Shown in pieces: positions 21,339 through 32,295 of a stretch of DNA of 64,000 nt (the stretch's first letter is position 1; every line of letters starts with the position of its first letter). Location of the stretch: the IMG/VR virus record IMGVR_UViG_3300046047_000272; one strand, written 5' to 3'. The position numbers were made by a program, and so were the translations under genes. Under the pieces are notes generated by a model. The model was not told the DNA's origin. It saw nothing but the letters and a program-made list of their open reading frames with translations, and did not search any database. This DNA is from a virus. Taxonomy: Duplodnaviria > Heunggongvirae > Uroviricota > Caudoviricetes.

Positions 21339-22776
21339 GCATATGTCAATGAATAAGGCATCGTTCTTCAAGAGGGTAGTATCACGAGTTAAGAGCATGG
21401 CTGGTCATGCCCTCGTCACTGGTTGCCGATGGCTTAACGCTCTCGTGAATATTGATTTACACGAGTTTATCCTGTTCTCATGGTGTCTGGCGGTTGATGG
21501 ACTTGTGGTGACCGTGTTCTCATTGACGTTCAGTTTATTCTCATTCGGTCTATATCTCCATGGATCATCTCCACTATATCTCGCGATAAGCATAGGCGTT
21601 GGTATACCAGGATTGCTATACATCCTCTTTATCACGTTGAACATGATACAGGCGTTCGGATATGGCGTCATGGCTGGTCTCCGAGCGTTCATCACAAGGA
21701 GGCTGACGAAGACCAAACGGTACTGGTGGAATCGTCGTTCAGAGATAGAGGACAGGTATCTTCTATGGGTACATGGTATGACCCTTGGTCATCGTTCATA
21801 TAAGTTAATCGTTGACGAGAAGACCATCACGACCATCGAACGTGACATCATGAAGATTGAACCTCGGCAAACCGCATCATTAATCATTAGCCAACAGATG
21901 AAGAAGCACGCCACCTACTGGCCTAAGGCGAAGCTGATGGCTTATGATGGACATGATGCTGATCTGCTCATCGATCAGTCTGATAGCATTGAGGCTCATG
22001 ATGACGCTATGCATGATCAGACGCACGATACGGTAACCAGTCATATCAGTACCTATGGTGACAGCCTCGTGAGCTGGCGTGATCTCCTCCATGTAGACAT
22101 TAGTGCTCTTCCAGAGGATAGTCCGATCATCAGCGTCATTAGGAAAGTGTGTCCATCGGATACCCTACCATGCGCGATAGACATCATCCCCCTGGAGAGT
22201 GGCGCGCTATCAGTCTGTTTCTATGATCGAGAGGATTCTATCGGTCATTATCGATGGTCTAATACTAAGGACACGATAGCATCATACGTCAAAGATGTCT
22301 TATCTATGACGAAGAACGACATGTGCTACGCGGTCATGCATCGTACGGGCAGTATCATGACCGAGGAATCTGTATCACAGGTGCCGAAGCATGAATTGAA
22401 TGAACTTAGTGAGGAGTTGCATCACCTCGCCATTAAGCTCACTGATCTCATTGCGGATGTTGAATACGATGACGTCCTATTGAAGGGACTGGTCAACCAT
22501 CAAGAGCAAGTGAATGACGCTCAACGTCTTATTCGACAATATCGATTAGGATACGATGATTATCATACGCCTGTCCGCAATGAGGACACGTATAGTAAGA
22601 TGCAATCCATGTATAGAGAATTGCTTGATGAATCCCGTGATATGAAGGACATGATCCAACAGATGGACAGTCTTACTGATACTCATAAGCAGACGTATAC
22701 AACGGTCTTGCAGTGTGCTAAGATCATGGATCATCATGAGCAGACAGGCAGGTCTATAGAGTCTCCATCGTATTAG
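21244..22776 (+). CDS. membrane-anchored coiled-coil protein (divergent array member)
   Basis: TM segments and C-terminal heptads; likely start MSMNKAS near 21343. Confidence 0.75.
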   Translation: MTGIVRLSLQLLTTWTHTVIIFESYRRSAKGEHMSMNKASFFKRVVSRVKSMAGHALVTGCRWLNALVNIDLHEFILFSWCLAVDGLVVTVFSLTFSLFSFGLYLHGSSPLYLAISIGVGIPGLLYILFITLNMIQAFGYGVMAGLRAFITRRLTKTKRYWWNRRSEIEDRYLLWVHGMTLGHRSYKLIVDEKTITTIERDIMKIEPRQTASLIISQQMKKHATYWPKAKLMAYDGHDADLLIDQSDSIEAHDDAMHDQTHDTVTSHISTYGDSLVSWRDLLHVDISALPEDSPIISVIRKVCPSDTLPCAIDIIPLESGALSVCFYDREDSIGHYRWSNTKDTIASYVKDVLSMTKNDMCYAVMHRTGSIMTEESVSQVPKHELNELSEELHHLAIKLTDLIADVEYDDVLLKGLVNHQEQVNDAQRLIRQYRLGYDDYHTPVRNEDTYSKMQSMYRELLDESRDMKDMIQQMDSLTDTHKQTYTTVLQCAKIMDHHEQTGRSIESPSY

Positions 22777-22812
22777 TATCATCATGTATCATGAGACCGT
22801 CGAAGGAGGAAT

Positions 22813-23775
22813 ATGATGGCCCATCATCAGTCGAAGAGATCATGGATGGTATCACCAATCGCGATCCATCGAAGACATCCTAAGGCTTCAAGGATTAGAG
22901 TATGGCTGTTACGGCGTTTTATGAGCTGGTCTAACTCTAATCTTAGGGATTGTGATGTTCTATCATCATTCGTGTTCTTAGCGATATTCATATTCGTCCT
23001 ACCGATAATCAGCTTTCAGTCCATTACGATATTCCTCAGCGAATTCGCGGGTATGCTTATCTGTGCTTTGGGATATATCGGTGTAGACATGGCCATTAGG
23101 AGTCGGAGGTCCTACAAGGTCGTTGGCGGATTCACCGGAAAAGTAACCATAGGACAGGATGAGTACCTGGTGTCTAATATGCCAAGCAAGGACCTAGCTG
23201 AGCTGTTATCAGTACTCGAGGACACGATCAGGCAATGGCCACGTTGGCATCATCTAGCGTCATATGGATTTGCCATATATGCTCTGCATGATGAGAAAAA
23301 TCCAAGAGATCTTGATGAGATATGCCGTGACTGTATGCAGATCATCACTGATCCTAGGGACCCTCGCGGTGACCAGAATAGGATCATAAAACCACCTATA
23401 ATAGACTCGCTACAGGAATCCAAACTGCATACGATCGTTATAGAGTTGACATCAACACAAAGGATACTTGATCAAATATCGGTCATGATGCACGATCTTA
23501 ACCTGTCAGATGATAGCGTGGTGAATGGTCTGCGTACGAGTCTTGATGTGTTGAAGCATGAAGCAGAGCAATACGATGATATGGATCATGATGATCAACT
23601 CGACGAGCTTGCTGATAGGATTCATGACCTTAAGGTGTCTACATCATTCTTGTATGATGAGATTGATCATTTTCATCATGATATTACGATTACTCAAGAG
23701 TCCTCACAATCAATAGATCAGTTACAGCAATTGATCAGAGGATTGCGCAGTCAAGAGCGATCAGTGATGGAGTGA
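22813..23775 (+). CDS. tandem paralog family member 1 (W-x-x-S-P-I...K-[AP]-S-R / TM hairpin / GxFTG...YxVS / WPxW / coiled coil)
   Basis: WMVSPIAIHRRHPKASRIR; GGFTGKVTIGQDEYLVS; WPRWH; HHDITITQESSQSIDQLQ. Confidence 0.9.
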   Translation: MMAHHQSKRSWMVSPIAIHRRHPKASRIRVWLLRRFMSWSNSNLRDCDVLSSFVFLAIFIFVLPIISFQSITIFLSEFAGMLICALGYIGVDMAIRSRRSYKVVGGFTGKVTIGQDEYLVSNMPSKDLAELLSVLEDTIRQWPRWHHLASYGFAIYALHDEKNPRDLDEICRDCMQIITDPRDPRGDQNRIIKPPIIDSLQESKLHTIVIELTSTQRILDQISVMMHDLNLSDDSVVNGLRTSLDVLKHEAEQYDDMDHDDQLDELADRIHDLKVSTSFLYDEIDHFHHDITITQESSQSIDQLQQLIRGLRSQERSVME

Positions 23776-24253
23776 ACTGAGGCGAGTATACGGGATGGTC
23801 ATGCTAGAACGCTGGTTGATCATGAATTCTTGATGGCGCATTATGCTCATCTGATAGACGATTGGTACGACGCATTCTTCCCTGCTCAGGAGGTAATGCA
23901 TAGCATGTCCTATCGTCAAGACACCAGCTACCGCACACGGTGTCGTCTCGATGGATGATGCACACATTAAGATACACGGGATAACGACCGGGAACATGTG
24001 AAGCCACATCGTCCCCGGCATAGACGCGGACAGTGATGCTATGATACGTCGTGGTACCGTAATGATTATGTAGATATTTCAGACCAGTAACATATCATAT
24101 GTTGAACACGATTGCTCTGATAATCAGTCATAATGGTTTGCCTAATAGGATAGTAATGAGTAAAATACATGCTATGCATGATATTAATGATCGACGATCT
24201 TGATAAGCGGGTTGTCTATCATGGTACGATGTCACTAGTACACAGGAGAGTAT

Positions 24254-25222
24254 ATGTCGGAATCTAAGCATCACGATCATCCTCAACGGTCGTTATCAGT
24301 TATTGACGTGCATCGACGATGGAAGAAGCCATCTCGTATCAGGAAACGATTCTTATCATATGCTCTTAAACATCCATGGTTATGCTCTGGAACTGGGTTA
24401 GCTGTGATTATTGCCACGATCATATGCCTACCAACGCTGATTGCCTCATTCATGTATCTTGATGTTATTAGATTCATGATTGCTCTACCCTATCTAGCAG
24501 GTATGTTCGGTCTTATAAGTACTTTCCCGTTCGCATCACAACCATCAGATTATCACAATTATCAGAATCTCGGATCGTTCACAGGATATTGCACTCTTGG
24601 TGACCATGAATACCTGGTGTCTACCGAACCATGTGATCGTCTTGCAGACATCATATCCATACCAGCAGACGTTATAGAGCATTGGCCTCATTGGCACGAC
24701 GAGGTGTCATGGGGATTGCACCTGTATGCTATGCATGACGGATATGGTAGACCAGAAGATATTGAATACATCCAACGTGAGTATCTCCATAGTATGATGC
24801 ATCCTGAGGAAGATAAGAGCAAGCACTCGGCCATGCCGTTATCCCTATCAGCATTACAGAACGACGAGGTAACATCATTCACCGATACTCTGATCTTCAC
24901 GCGGCAGATACTTGATCAGACAGCATCGATGATGGATGATCTAGGGTTATCACATGAGGACAGTATCGCACCATTGCGCCATACGCTGAACGATCTTCAG
25001 GATCATGTTCGACAATATCGGTCTGACCATACAACAATCAAATTGGATCAAATCATCGATGAGATCAACAATCTTAGACAGTCTGTTACCGCTCTTCATG
25101 ATGATGTAGAGCGTCTTCATCATGATATTACCATCACTCAAGATTCATCTCAATCCATCGATCAGTTGCGGTATAAGATTGCTCGTCTTCAGCATCAAGT
25201 ATCATCGTCTGTTGCTGAATAA
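24254..25222 (+). CDS. tandem paralog family member 2
   Basis: HRRWKKPSR; GSFTGYCTLGDHEYLVS; WPHWHD; HHDITITQDSSQSIDQLR. Confidence 0.9.
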   Translation: MSESKHHDHPQRSLSVIDVHRRWKKPSRIRKRFLSYALKHPWLCSGTGLAVIIATIICLPTLIASFMYLDVIRFMIALPYLAGMFGLISTFPFASQPSDYHNYQNLGSFTGYCTLGDHEYLVSTEPCDRLADIISIPADVIEHWPHWHDEVSWGLHLYAMHDGYGRPEDIEYIQREYLHSMMHPEEDKSKHSAMPLSLSALQNDEVTSFTDTLIFTRQILDQTASMMDDLGLSHEDSIAPLRHTLNDLQDHVRQYRSDHTTIKLDQIIDEINNLRQSVTALHDDVERLHHDITITQDSSQSIDQLRYKIARLQHQVSSSVAE

Positions 25223-25252
25223 TCTCATTCATGAAAGGAGAAGAATCTTCGT

Positions 25253-26258
25253 ATGCAATATCAACATACCCGATGGTCATTATCAGTCGTGAATATGCAT
25301 CGAAGGTGGAGGAAGCCATCACGATTACGGTCTCGAATCGTGTCATTCATGTTTGGGCATCGATGGGCTGGAAAAACTGATGACCGTCGGTATTGGTCTT
25401 AGCATTCCTATCGCCATCTGCGAGATGGAGTATATCACTTACATAAGTTCTTACACGCCAGACGGTATGAACGCTCAAAATATAACATGGTGTATGATCA
25501 TAATCCTATGGGGGATCGTAAATACGGCCATTATAGGTACCCTCTCCTCATTACGTAGCATGACGGAAAGATCTAGTCTGTCAGATCCTCCAGTGAATTG
25601 TTATGCCGGTTCGTTCACGGGATACGTTACGATAGGTGATCATGAGTACATCGTGTCTAACGCATCGAACGATGATCTCGCCCATATACTGAATCTTGAT
25701 GTCGACATCGTCAATCACTGGCCGAATTGGCGTGATGATACACCGCTCGGTATGAATTTCTACGCCCTGAATACGGATGATGCTCCAACGAATATTGATG
25801 ACATCGCCAGGGAATGTCTGCATATCATGCTCTATCCAGATGATTATCAACAGTATGCGGACGATCTTCAGGAATCATCCTTGGCGTCATTACGTGAAGC
25901 CACGATGGCTGGTCTAACTGACCATCTTATCCTGATGCAACAACGACTTGACGCTACGATTAATATGATGAATGACCTTGGTATAAAGAACGACACTGAG
26001 AAGATCAATGAGTTGACGGACGTCTTTCAACACCTTCGTGACGAAGCTATGCATTACCATGATTATCATGATGCTGATAAGATGCATACGATCTCTCAAG
26101 AAATCATGCATGTTGAGGCCGATGTGCATCAATTATATGATGAGACCTCTGATTTGCATCATGACATTGCCTCTGCTCAAGATTCATCGAAGGTCATCAG
26201 CGAACTCCGTCAAAAGGTTCATGCCTTACGACTGGACCGACAAGGCGTGGTAGGATGA
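25253..26258 (+). pseudogene. tandem paralog family member 3, +1 frameshift at A5 (or sequencing error)
   Basis: ATG 25253 gives MQYQHTRWSLSVVNMHRRWRKPSR...GHRWAGK and joins ORF 25353..26258 if one A is removed from 25372-25376. Confidence 0.85.
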
Positions 26259-26310
26259 CAAATCATAGCAGATTCGATATACTGGATGTAACGTCGTAGC
26301 ATAGGAGATA

Positions 26311-27298
26311 ATGATCATGAAGAAGTCTGCTCAAAAGGATGATCGTCAACGAGAGTGGTCATTATCAACGATCAAATTAACCCATAAGAAGAGGCCATCA
26401 CGGTTACGATCATGGTTCTTCTCGCATTTCTTCAAGCATAATATCTTTTCCGATGTGCTCTTATGCTCTGTTTTTTATGTCAGCTATCATTGTTGTGGGA
26501 TCAGCGTGGGTAGCTATAAATTCATCCATCATGTCCGGCCAGACGCCATTGCCCGCTGTGATCATAGCCATCATCAGTCTCCTTACGGTGATTGCATCGT
26601 TCGTAACCACGACAGTTCCTTTGAAGGGCGGGCTATCACATATTGGCTCGTTCATAGGTCGCGTAACGATGGGTGACCGGCAATACCTCGTATCTACTGC
26701 ATCAGCACAGCAATTGTCTGCAGTGTTTCATGTATCAGAGGACGATGTGCGTCATTTGCCTCAATGGAGGAGCACTGATATGCCGTTAGGTCTATTCTTC
26801 TATGGATTGAATACGAATCATCGACCAGATCATGCTGAGGACATTGCCCGTGAGTGCATCGACATGATGATGCGCCCTGATGATCATCATAGCGCGCCCA
26901 ATCTAACAGATTATACAAGCATCGTGGCCGCATTGCAGGATGAGCCAATGGCCACGTTAATGCAGCGCGTCATGGAAACACAGCAATCTATCGATAGTAT
27001 GAATACTATGTTACATGATCTCGGCCTATCAGACAGAAAAACGATCATAGCGATGCAAAAGAGTTTAGATATCCTACAACGTGATGTCAGGACAGCTTGT
27101 TATGCTAAAGATGATGAACGAGTGAAAGTTCTATCGGCAAAGATGGCCGTTTTAGAGCAATCCATCGAGGACATTCACGATGAGACGGCTGGTCTTCATG
27201 CAGATATTACATCAGTAGAGGAATCATCACATCTTATCGGTAATCTGCATCATAGAATCGTTGATATTCGAGAGCAGCAACAAGTCGTCACTGGATGA
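26311..27298 (+). pseudogene. tandem paralog family member 4, +1 frameshift near T6 (or sequencing error)
   Basis: 26311..26676 carries EWSLSTIKLTHKKRPSR; 26453..27298 carries TMs and the remainder; they join on removing one T from 26471-26476. Confidence 0.85.
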
Positions 27299-27316
27299 TG
27301 CATAGTTAAGAGCCTG

Positions 27317-27556
27317 ATGCAGACGCTTCAAGGACTCAGCGAGGACGCGATGACGTATCGTAACGACGATGAGAAGCTACAGGCCATCGTCACGCAACTC
27401 AACGTTCTGGATGAATCTGTTCACAAGACGCATGATGCGGTGGTCAAGTTGCATCATGACATTACAGCTGCTCGTACATCCTCGAAGACCATGGATGCGA
27501 TACAGGAGAATATCAATCATCTTGTCGAACAGGAAGACCACATCATAGGACGATGA
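27317..27556 (+). pseudogene. tandem paralog family member 5, C-terminal fragment only
   Basis: QTLQGLSEDAMTYRNDDEKL...LHHDITAARTSSKTMDAI matches only the family's C-terminal third. Confidence 0.8.
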
Positions 27557-27622
27557 CAGAATCCCGTGAATAGGATATAATTATTTATGAGATAAGATGA
27601 TGAGTAGTGGAAGGACAATTCT

Positions 27623-28579
27623 GTGACGATGCAACAGCATGATCGTGTTCAGCAATGGGAACTATCGCCTATCATGATGAAGAGGAAGTGGGGTAGGCCA
27701 TCGAGAGTCAAGTCATGGATCATCCGTCATCTGCCTCGATCTGAAAGGGCCTTGATGATTAATACCATTATTGCCGTTCATATAACCGCCATTGCCGGAA
27801 CGTTAGCTGCTGCCACGGCATATTATGGTAATCTCGGTATAGTATTCACTGTTCTCATTGGTGCAGCAGTTGCCTGTATCCTTGGTGCATCAAGCATGAC
27901 TCTTGCTGAGTCAATCAATGATTTTTCTTGGAAGACTGGCGCGTTCGTTGGCCGACTGACCATTGACCATCACGATTATATCGTGTCCAGTGCTCCTCCC
28001 CGTGTTCTGGCTGATACGTTAGGCGTCTCTCAAGACACGATAGCGAACTGGCCTTACTGGCATGACACGACAGATCTAAGCCTGTCATGGTATGCGTTAG
28101 ATGATGTAGCTTCACGACCATCGAACTGTGACGCGATCATTGATGATTGTATGAACATGATGACGAATCCACGTGATGATCGTGGTGGCCATATGGTTAC
28201 AGCACCATCATTGGATTCGATTCAAGGATCCACAGCAAATCTTATCATGAGCCAGCTCATATCTACTCGTCAGATACTCGATGACACGGCCGATATGATG
28301 CACGATATGGAGATACCTGATGACGGCCATGTGGCATCGTTGCTTCAGACACTCCGCGGATTGGAGAAGGACGCTGACAAGTATCGCGATGACGAATATA
28401 AACTCAAACCCATTATGAATCAAATAAGATCCGTGAGAAACTCGTCTAAGACCATCCATAATGATGTCAGCCATCTCTATCGGGATATTATCGCTACGAG
28501 AGAATCGTCGAGATCAATGGTCCAGTTAGGCCAGAAGATCAGCGTGTTACGGAATCAAACATCGTCGGTGGTAGAGTGA
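27623..28579 (+). CDS. tandem paralog family member 6
   Basis: WELSPIMMKRKWGRPSR; GAFVGRLTIDHHDYIVS; WPYWHDTT. Confidence 0.9.
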   Translation: MTMQQHDRVQQWELSPIMMKRKWGRPSRVKSWIIRHLPRSERALMINTIIAVHITAIAGTLAAATAYYGNLGIVFTVLIGAAVACILGASSMTLAESINDFSWKTGAFVGRLTIDHHDYIVSSAPPRVLADTLGVSQDTIANWPYWHDTTDLSLSWYALDDVASRPSNCDAIIDDCMNMMTNPRDDRGGHMVTAPSLDSIQGSTANLIMSQLISTRQILDDTADMMHDMEIPDDGHVASLLQTLRGLEKDADKYRDDEYKLKPIMNQIRSVRNSSKTIHNDVSHLYRDIIATRESSRSMVQLGQKISVLRNQTSSVVE

Positions 28580-28592
28580 TGTATACTCGATT

Positions 28593-29555
28593 TTGGAGAG
28601 GAAAGTGATTATGGCGGGACAGGATAATCATCGTTGGACAATAGCACCCATCATGATGAAGAGAAAGTGGGGTAGGCCATCGAGATTCAAGTACTGGGTG
28701 GCACGGCATTTTCCTAAATCTGATGGTTTGGCAAGTGGGGTCATCGTGTCTATTATGATATCTATAGGCATATCGTCTCTTGGGACGTTGCCAGCTGCTA
28801 TAAGTATCGATGTGGTCTATATAGCCATATCGGCTGCTGTCCTCTTCCTCCTATCCGTATTCGGCTTACTCTATCAGCTGGGAAGGCTACTCTTTGTTGG
28901 CTATGCAGGAAGGTTCATTGGTCGGTTGACTATTGATCATCACGATTACATCGTGTCCAGTGCCACTACTCGTGTACTAGCTGATACGTTAGGAGTATCA
29001 CAAGACACGATAGACGACTGGCCTTACTGGCAAGCTATGACCAATTCAGAACTATCCTTCTACGCGTTATCTAATGACGCTAGACCAATTGACTCCGAGG
29101 ATTTTGACGACATTGATAATGACTGCCTGAGCATTATGAAGAATCCGAGTGATGATCGTGGCAATCACTTAGAGCCAGCACCAGCAGTGGCTTCGCTCAA
29201 ATTAAAGCCGATAGACGTCATAACAGAGAAACTGACATCTTCTCGGCGTATGCTTGATGATACGGTGAGCATGCTTGATGATATGGGAATACGAGATGAC
29301 GATCATATTCATTCGTTACTCAGAATGTTAGGTGAATTAGAAAAGGATGCTGACAAGTATCGAGATGATGACGTTAAGATTACGACTATTATGAACCAAT
29401 TAGATGAGGTCGCCGTGGCATCAAAAGCTATTCATGAGGAGACACGTCATTTTTACCATGATATTACCGCTACACACGAAGCGTCAATGTCAATAGACCA
29501 GTTACGACAGAAGATGCAGTCACTCCGGAGTCGAATGCCGTCACTGGTAGTGTGA
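28593..29555 (+). CDS. tandem paralog family member 7
   Basis: WTIAPIMMKRKWGRPSR; GRFIGRLTIDHHDYIVS; WPYW. Confidence 0.9.
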   Translation: MERKVIMAGQDNHRWTIAPIMMKRKWGRPSRFKYWVARHFPKSDGLASGVIVSIMISIGISSLGTLPAAISIDVVYIAISAAVLFLLSVFGLLYQLGRLLFVGYAGRFIGRLTIDHHDYIVSSATTRVLADTLGVSQDTIDDWPYWQAMTNSELSFYALSNDARPIDSEDFDDIDNDCLSIMKNPSDDRGNHLEPAPAVASLKLKPIDVITEKLTSSRRMLDDTVSMLDDMGIRDDDHIHSLLRMLGELEKDADKYRDDDVKITTIMNQLDEVAVASKAIHEETRHFYHDITATHEASMSIDQLRQKMQSLRSRMPSLVV

Positions 29556-29584
29556 TGTATACTCGATGTGAGAGGAGAACGAGC

Positions 29585-30532
29585 ATGGCAGAGCAGGATG
29601 ATCATCATCATTGGACGATAACGCCTATCATGATGAAGAAGAAACGGGGCAAGCCATCGAGATTTAAGTACTGGATGGCGCGCCATCTTCCTAAATACGA
29701 TGGCGTGGCAAGTAAAATTATCATAATTAGTACGATTGCTATAGGCACCCTGTCTATTTCACCGCTTTTAATGGCTATAAGTAACGGTTTGACCAATATA
29801 GCCATATCGTCGTCTGTCCTTTTCCTCCTATCCATGTTTTGCTTATTGCACCAAGCAGACATGCTATTCTTTGCTGACTATGCAGGAAGGTTCGTCGGAC
29901 GGCTAACTATTGATCACAATGATTACATCGTCTCCAGCGTACCTACTCGTATTCTTTCTGATACGCTAGGCATATCACAGGACACGATAGACAACTGGCC
30001 CTACTGGCATGGTACGACAAATTCAAGACTATCCTTCTACGCATTATCCAAGGACGCTAGACCAATTGATCCCGAGAATTTTAGAGACATTGATAATGAC
30101 TGTCTGAGCATGATGAAGAATCCGAGTGATGATCGTGGCGCTCACTTAGAGCCAGCGCCATCAGTGGCTTCACTCAAATTAAAGCAAATAGACTTCTTAA
30201 AGAGCAAGCTGACGTCTTCTCGTCGTATGCTTGACGATACGGTGAGGACGCTGAACGATCTCGGGATACCAGATGACGATCATGTGGCCTCACTGCTTAA
30301 GACACTCAATGCATTAGAACAAGACGCTAATATCTATCTAAAAGACGAATCGAAACTCACACCCATCATGAAGCAGTTGGATGAGGTAGCGTCTTCATCT
30401 AATGCTATTTATGAGGAGACACATCGTCTTTATCATGATATTGCCGCTACACACGAAGCATCAGCATCCATTGATCAGTTACGACAGAAAATCACTGTGA
30501 TACGATGTCAAACATCAAAAATAGCAGGATGA
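29585..30532 (+). CDS. tandem paralog family member 8
   Basis: GAGGAG RBS before ATG 29585 (track start 29552); WTITPIMMKKKRGKPSR; GRFVGRLTIDHNDYIVS. Confidence 0.9.
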   Translation: MAEQDDHHHWTITPIMMKKKRGKPSRFKYWMARHLPKYDGVASKIIIISTIAIGTLSISPLLMAISNGLTNIAISSSVLFLLSMFCLLHQADMLFFADYAGRFVGRLTIDHNDYIVSSVPTRILSDTLGISQDTIDNWPYWHGTTNSRLSFYALSKDARPIDPENFRDIDNDCLSMMKNPSDDRGAHLEPAPSVASLKLKQIDFLKSKLTSSRRMLDDTVRTLNDLGIPDDDHVASLLKTLNALEQDANIYLKDESKLTPIMKQLDEVASSSNAIYEETHRLYHDIAATHEASASIDQLRQKITVIRCQTSKIAG

Positions 30533-30565
30533 TGTTATAATACAGTCGTATAATACTTTAATGGA

Positions 30566-31555
30566 ATGGAGACGGAGATTATGGCGAAACCATCTGATCA
30601 TATTGATTGGACATTATCACCAATATCAATGAAACGACGATGGAAGAAGCCATCCAAGATAAAATTGTGGATCGTTTCACATCTTCCTAAAACGTCGAGG
30701 ATGAGCGACATCGTCAATGCAAGCGTACTATTCTTGTTGAGTATAGGATTCATGTCGGTTGTGATATCCATCCTCATGCATCTTATACCGAATAGCCCAC
30801 AGTTGGATTCATTCCTGGCCCTTTCGGCACCGGTCTTTTGTTTCATCGTGACATTATTTGGCGTGAGTTCTTTTGATCTCTTGAATTTCGCGGACGGCCT
30901 CCACCAGTATGCTGGAGAGTTTACTGGATTACTTAAGATTCACGAGCAGGAGTACCTTGTCTCGACCATATCAGATGAGCGTTTATCTGAGCAACTTGGC
31001 CTATCTAAGAGCGCGGTAAATGATTGGCCCTACTGGCATGACACGACAACCGATGGATTATCCGTATATGCTCTTTCATCAGATGCCAAGGAGCTTGATG
31101 TCAGTCACGCCATCGTGAATGACTGTATAAAGATCATGCTGGATCCAAATGATCATCGGGGTGATCATATGACACCTATGCCATCGCTGAAGACCATTCA
31201 AGGTGCGAAACTTGGCTTACTAACACAACAAGTCACAGCTACTCGTCAAATGCTGGATGATACGAAGCGTATGCTTGATGATCTGGGTATACAGGATGAT
31301 CATCGTATCATCGTAATACTTGACCAGTTACACGCCTTAGAAAGAGACGCTGACACCTATCAAGATGACGCGTCCAAACTCAAACCCATCATGGAACAGT
31401 TGGATGAGATAACATCGTCATCTAATGCTATCCACGAGGAGGTTGATCATCTTTATCATGACATCAAGTCAGCTCAAGAATCATCAAGATCCATGGATCA
31501 GTTACGACAGGGTATCAGTGATTTGCATGAACAATCACAAGCGGTTGCAGGGTGA
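30566..31555 (+). CDS. tandem paralog family member 9
   Basis: WTLSPISMKRRWKKPSK; GEFTGLLKIHEQEYLVS; WPYWHDTT. Confidence 0.9.
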   Translation: METEIMAKPSDHIDWTLSPISMKRRWKKPSKIKLWIVSHLPKTSRMSDIVNASVLFLLSIGFMSVVISILMHLIPNSPQLDSFLALSAPVFCFIVTLFGVSSFDLLNFADGLHQYAGEFTGLLKIHEQEYLVSTISDERLSEQLGLSKSAVNDWPYWHDTTTDGLSVYALSSDAKELDVSHAIVNDCIKIMLDPNDHRGDHMTPMPSLKTIQGAKLGLLTQQVTATRQMLDDTKRMLDDLGIQDDHRIIVILDQLHALERDADTYQDDASKLKPIMEQLDEITSSSNAIHEEVDHLYHDIKSAQESSRSMDQLRQGISDLHEQSQAVAG

Positions 31556-31605
31556 CCCGTCATGCACCGTCTACCTGAATCAATGCATGTAAGGATAGGA
31601 TTATC

Positions 31606-32280
31606 ATGAGACAGCAATCTGATCATACTGATTGGACGATTACACCAATATCAATAGACCGACGATGGGGGAAGCCATCACGCATCAAATCCATGATCGT
31701 CCATCATCTTCCAAGAATCGATACGATGAAAACATGCATCGAGTGTACTGGATTGATAACGATGGTTGCCTTTATAGTGTCCTTCTGCTTCATCGTATCC
31801 AATTTCAAGGATTTAGCTCGATCATTAGCGCCACTACTCATGATCTTGTCAGCAATGATGATACCAGGAGTGCTGTATACAACGGCGATACTCAGTAGTA
31901 AGGTGGAGGATTGGTATAGGTCAATAGGACCATTCACAGGAAGAATCATCGTACAGCATCATGAGTATATCGTATCCAATGAATCATCCTATCATCTATC
32001 TCATATTCTCGACATGCCCGCGGCAACAATAGCCAAGTGGCCATGCTGGCACACAACGTCCTCAATTGGATTGGATGTGTACTCGATGACAGAGGACGAT
32101 GCTACACCCCCTCACATCGAAGCCATCGCTAAGGACTGTCTAAACATCGTCGTGAATCCTCATGACCATCGCAGAGACCATATCATGCCAGCAGGTGACC
32201 TGTTCTGGAAGAGCACGGCGATTATGACGCTCATCATCATGATGGCCCTGCAAGCACCTAAGAACCCGCTTGAACGATAA
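31606..32280 (+). CDS. tandem paralog family member 10, lacking the coiled-coil tail
   Basis: WTITPISIDRRWGKPSR; GPFTGRIIVQHHEYIVS; similarity stops after HRRDHIMP. Confidence 0.8.
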   Translation: MRQQSDHTDWTITPISIDRRWGKPSRIKSMIVHHLPRIDTMKTCIECTGLITMVAFIVSFCFIVSNFKDLARSLAPLLMILSAMMIPGVLYTTAILSSKVEDWYRSIGPFTGRIIVQHHEYIVSNESSYHLSHILDMPAATIAKWPCWHTTSSIGLDVYSMTEDDATPPHIEAIAKDCLNIVVNPHDHRRDHIMPAGDLFWKSTAIMTLIIMMALQAPKNPLER

Positions 32281-32295
32281 AGCATCAATCATATA

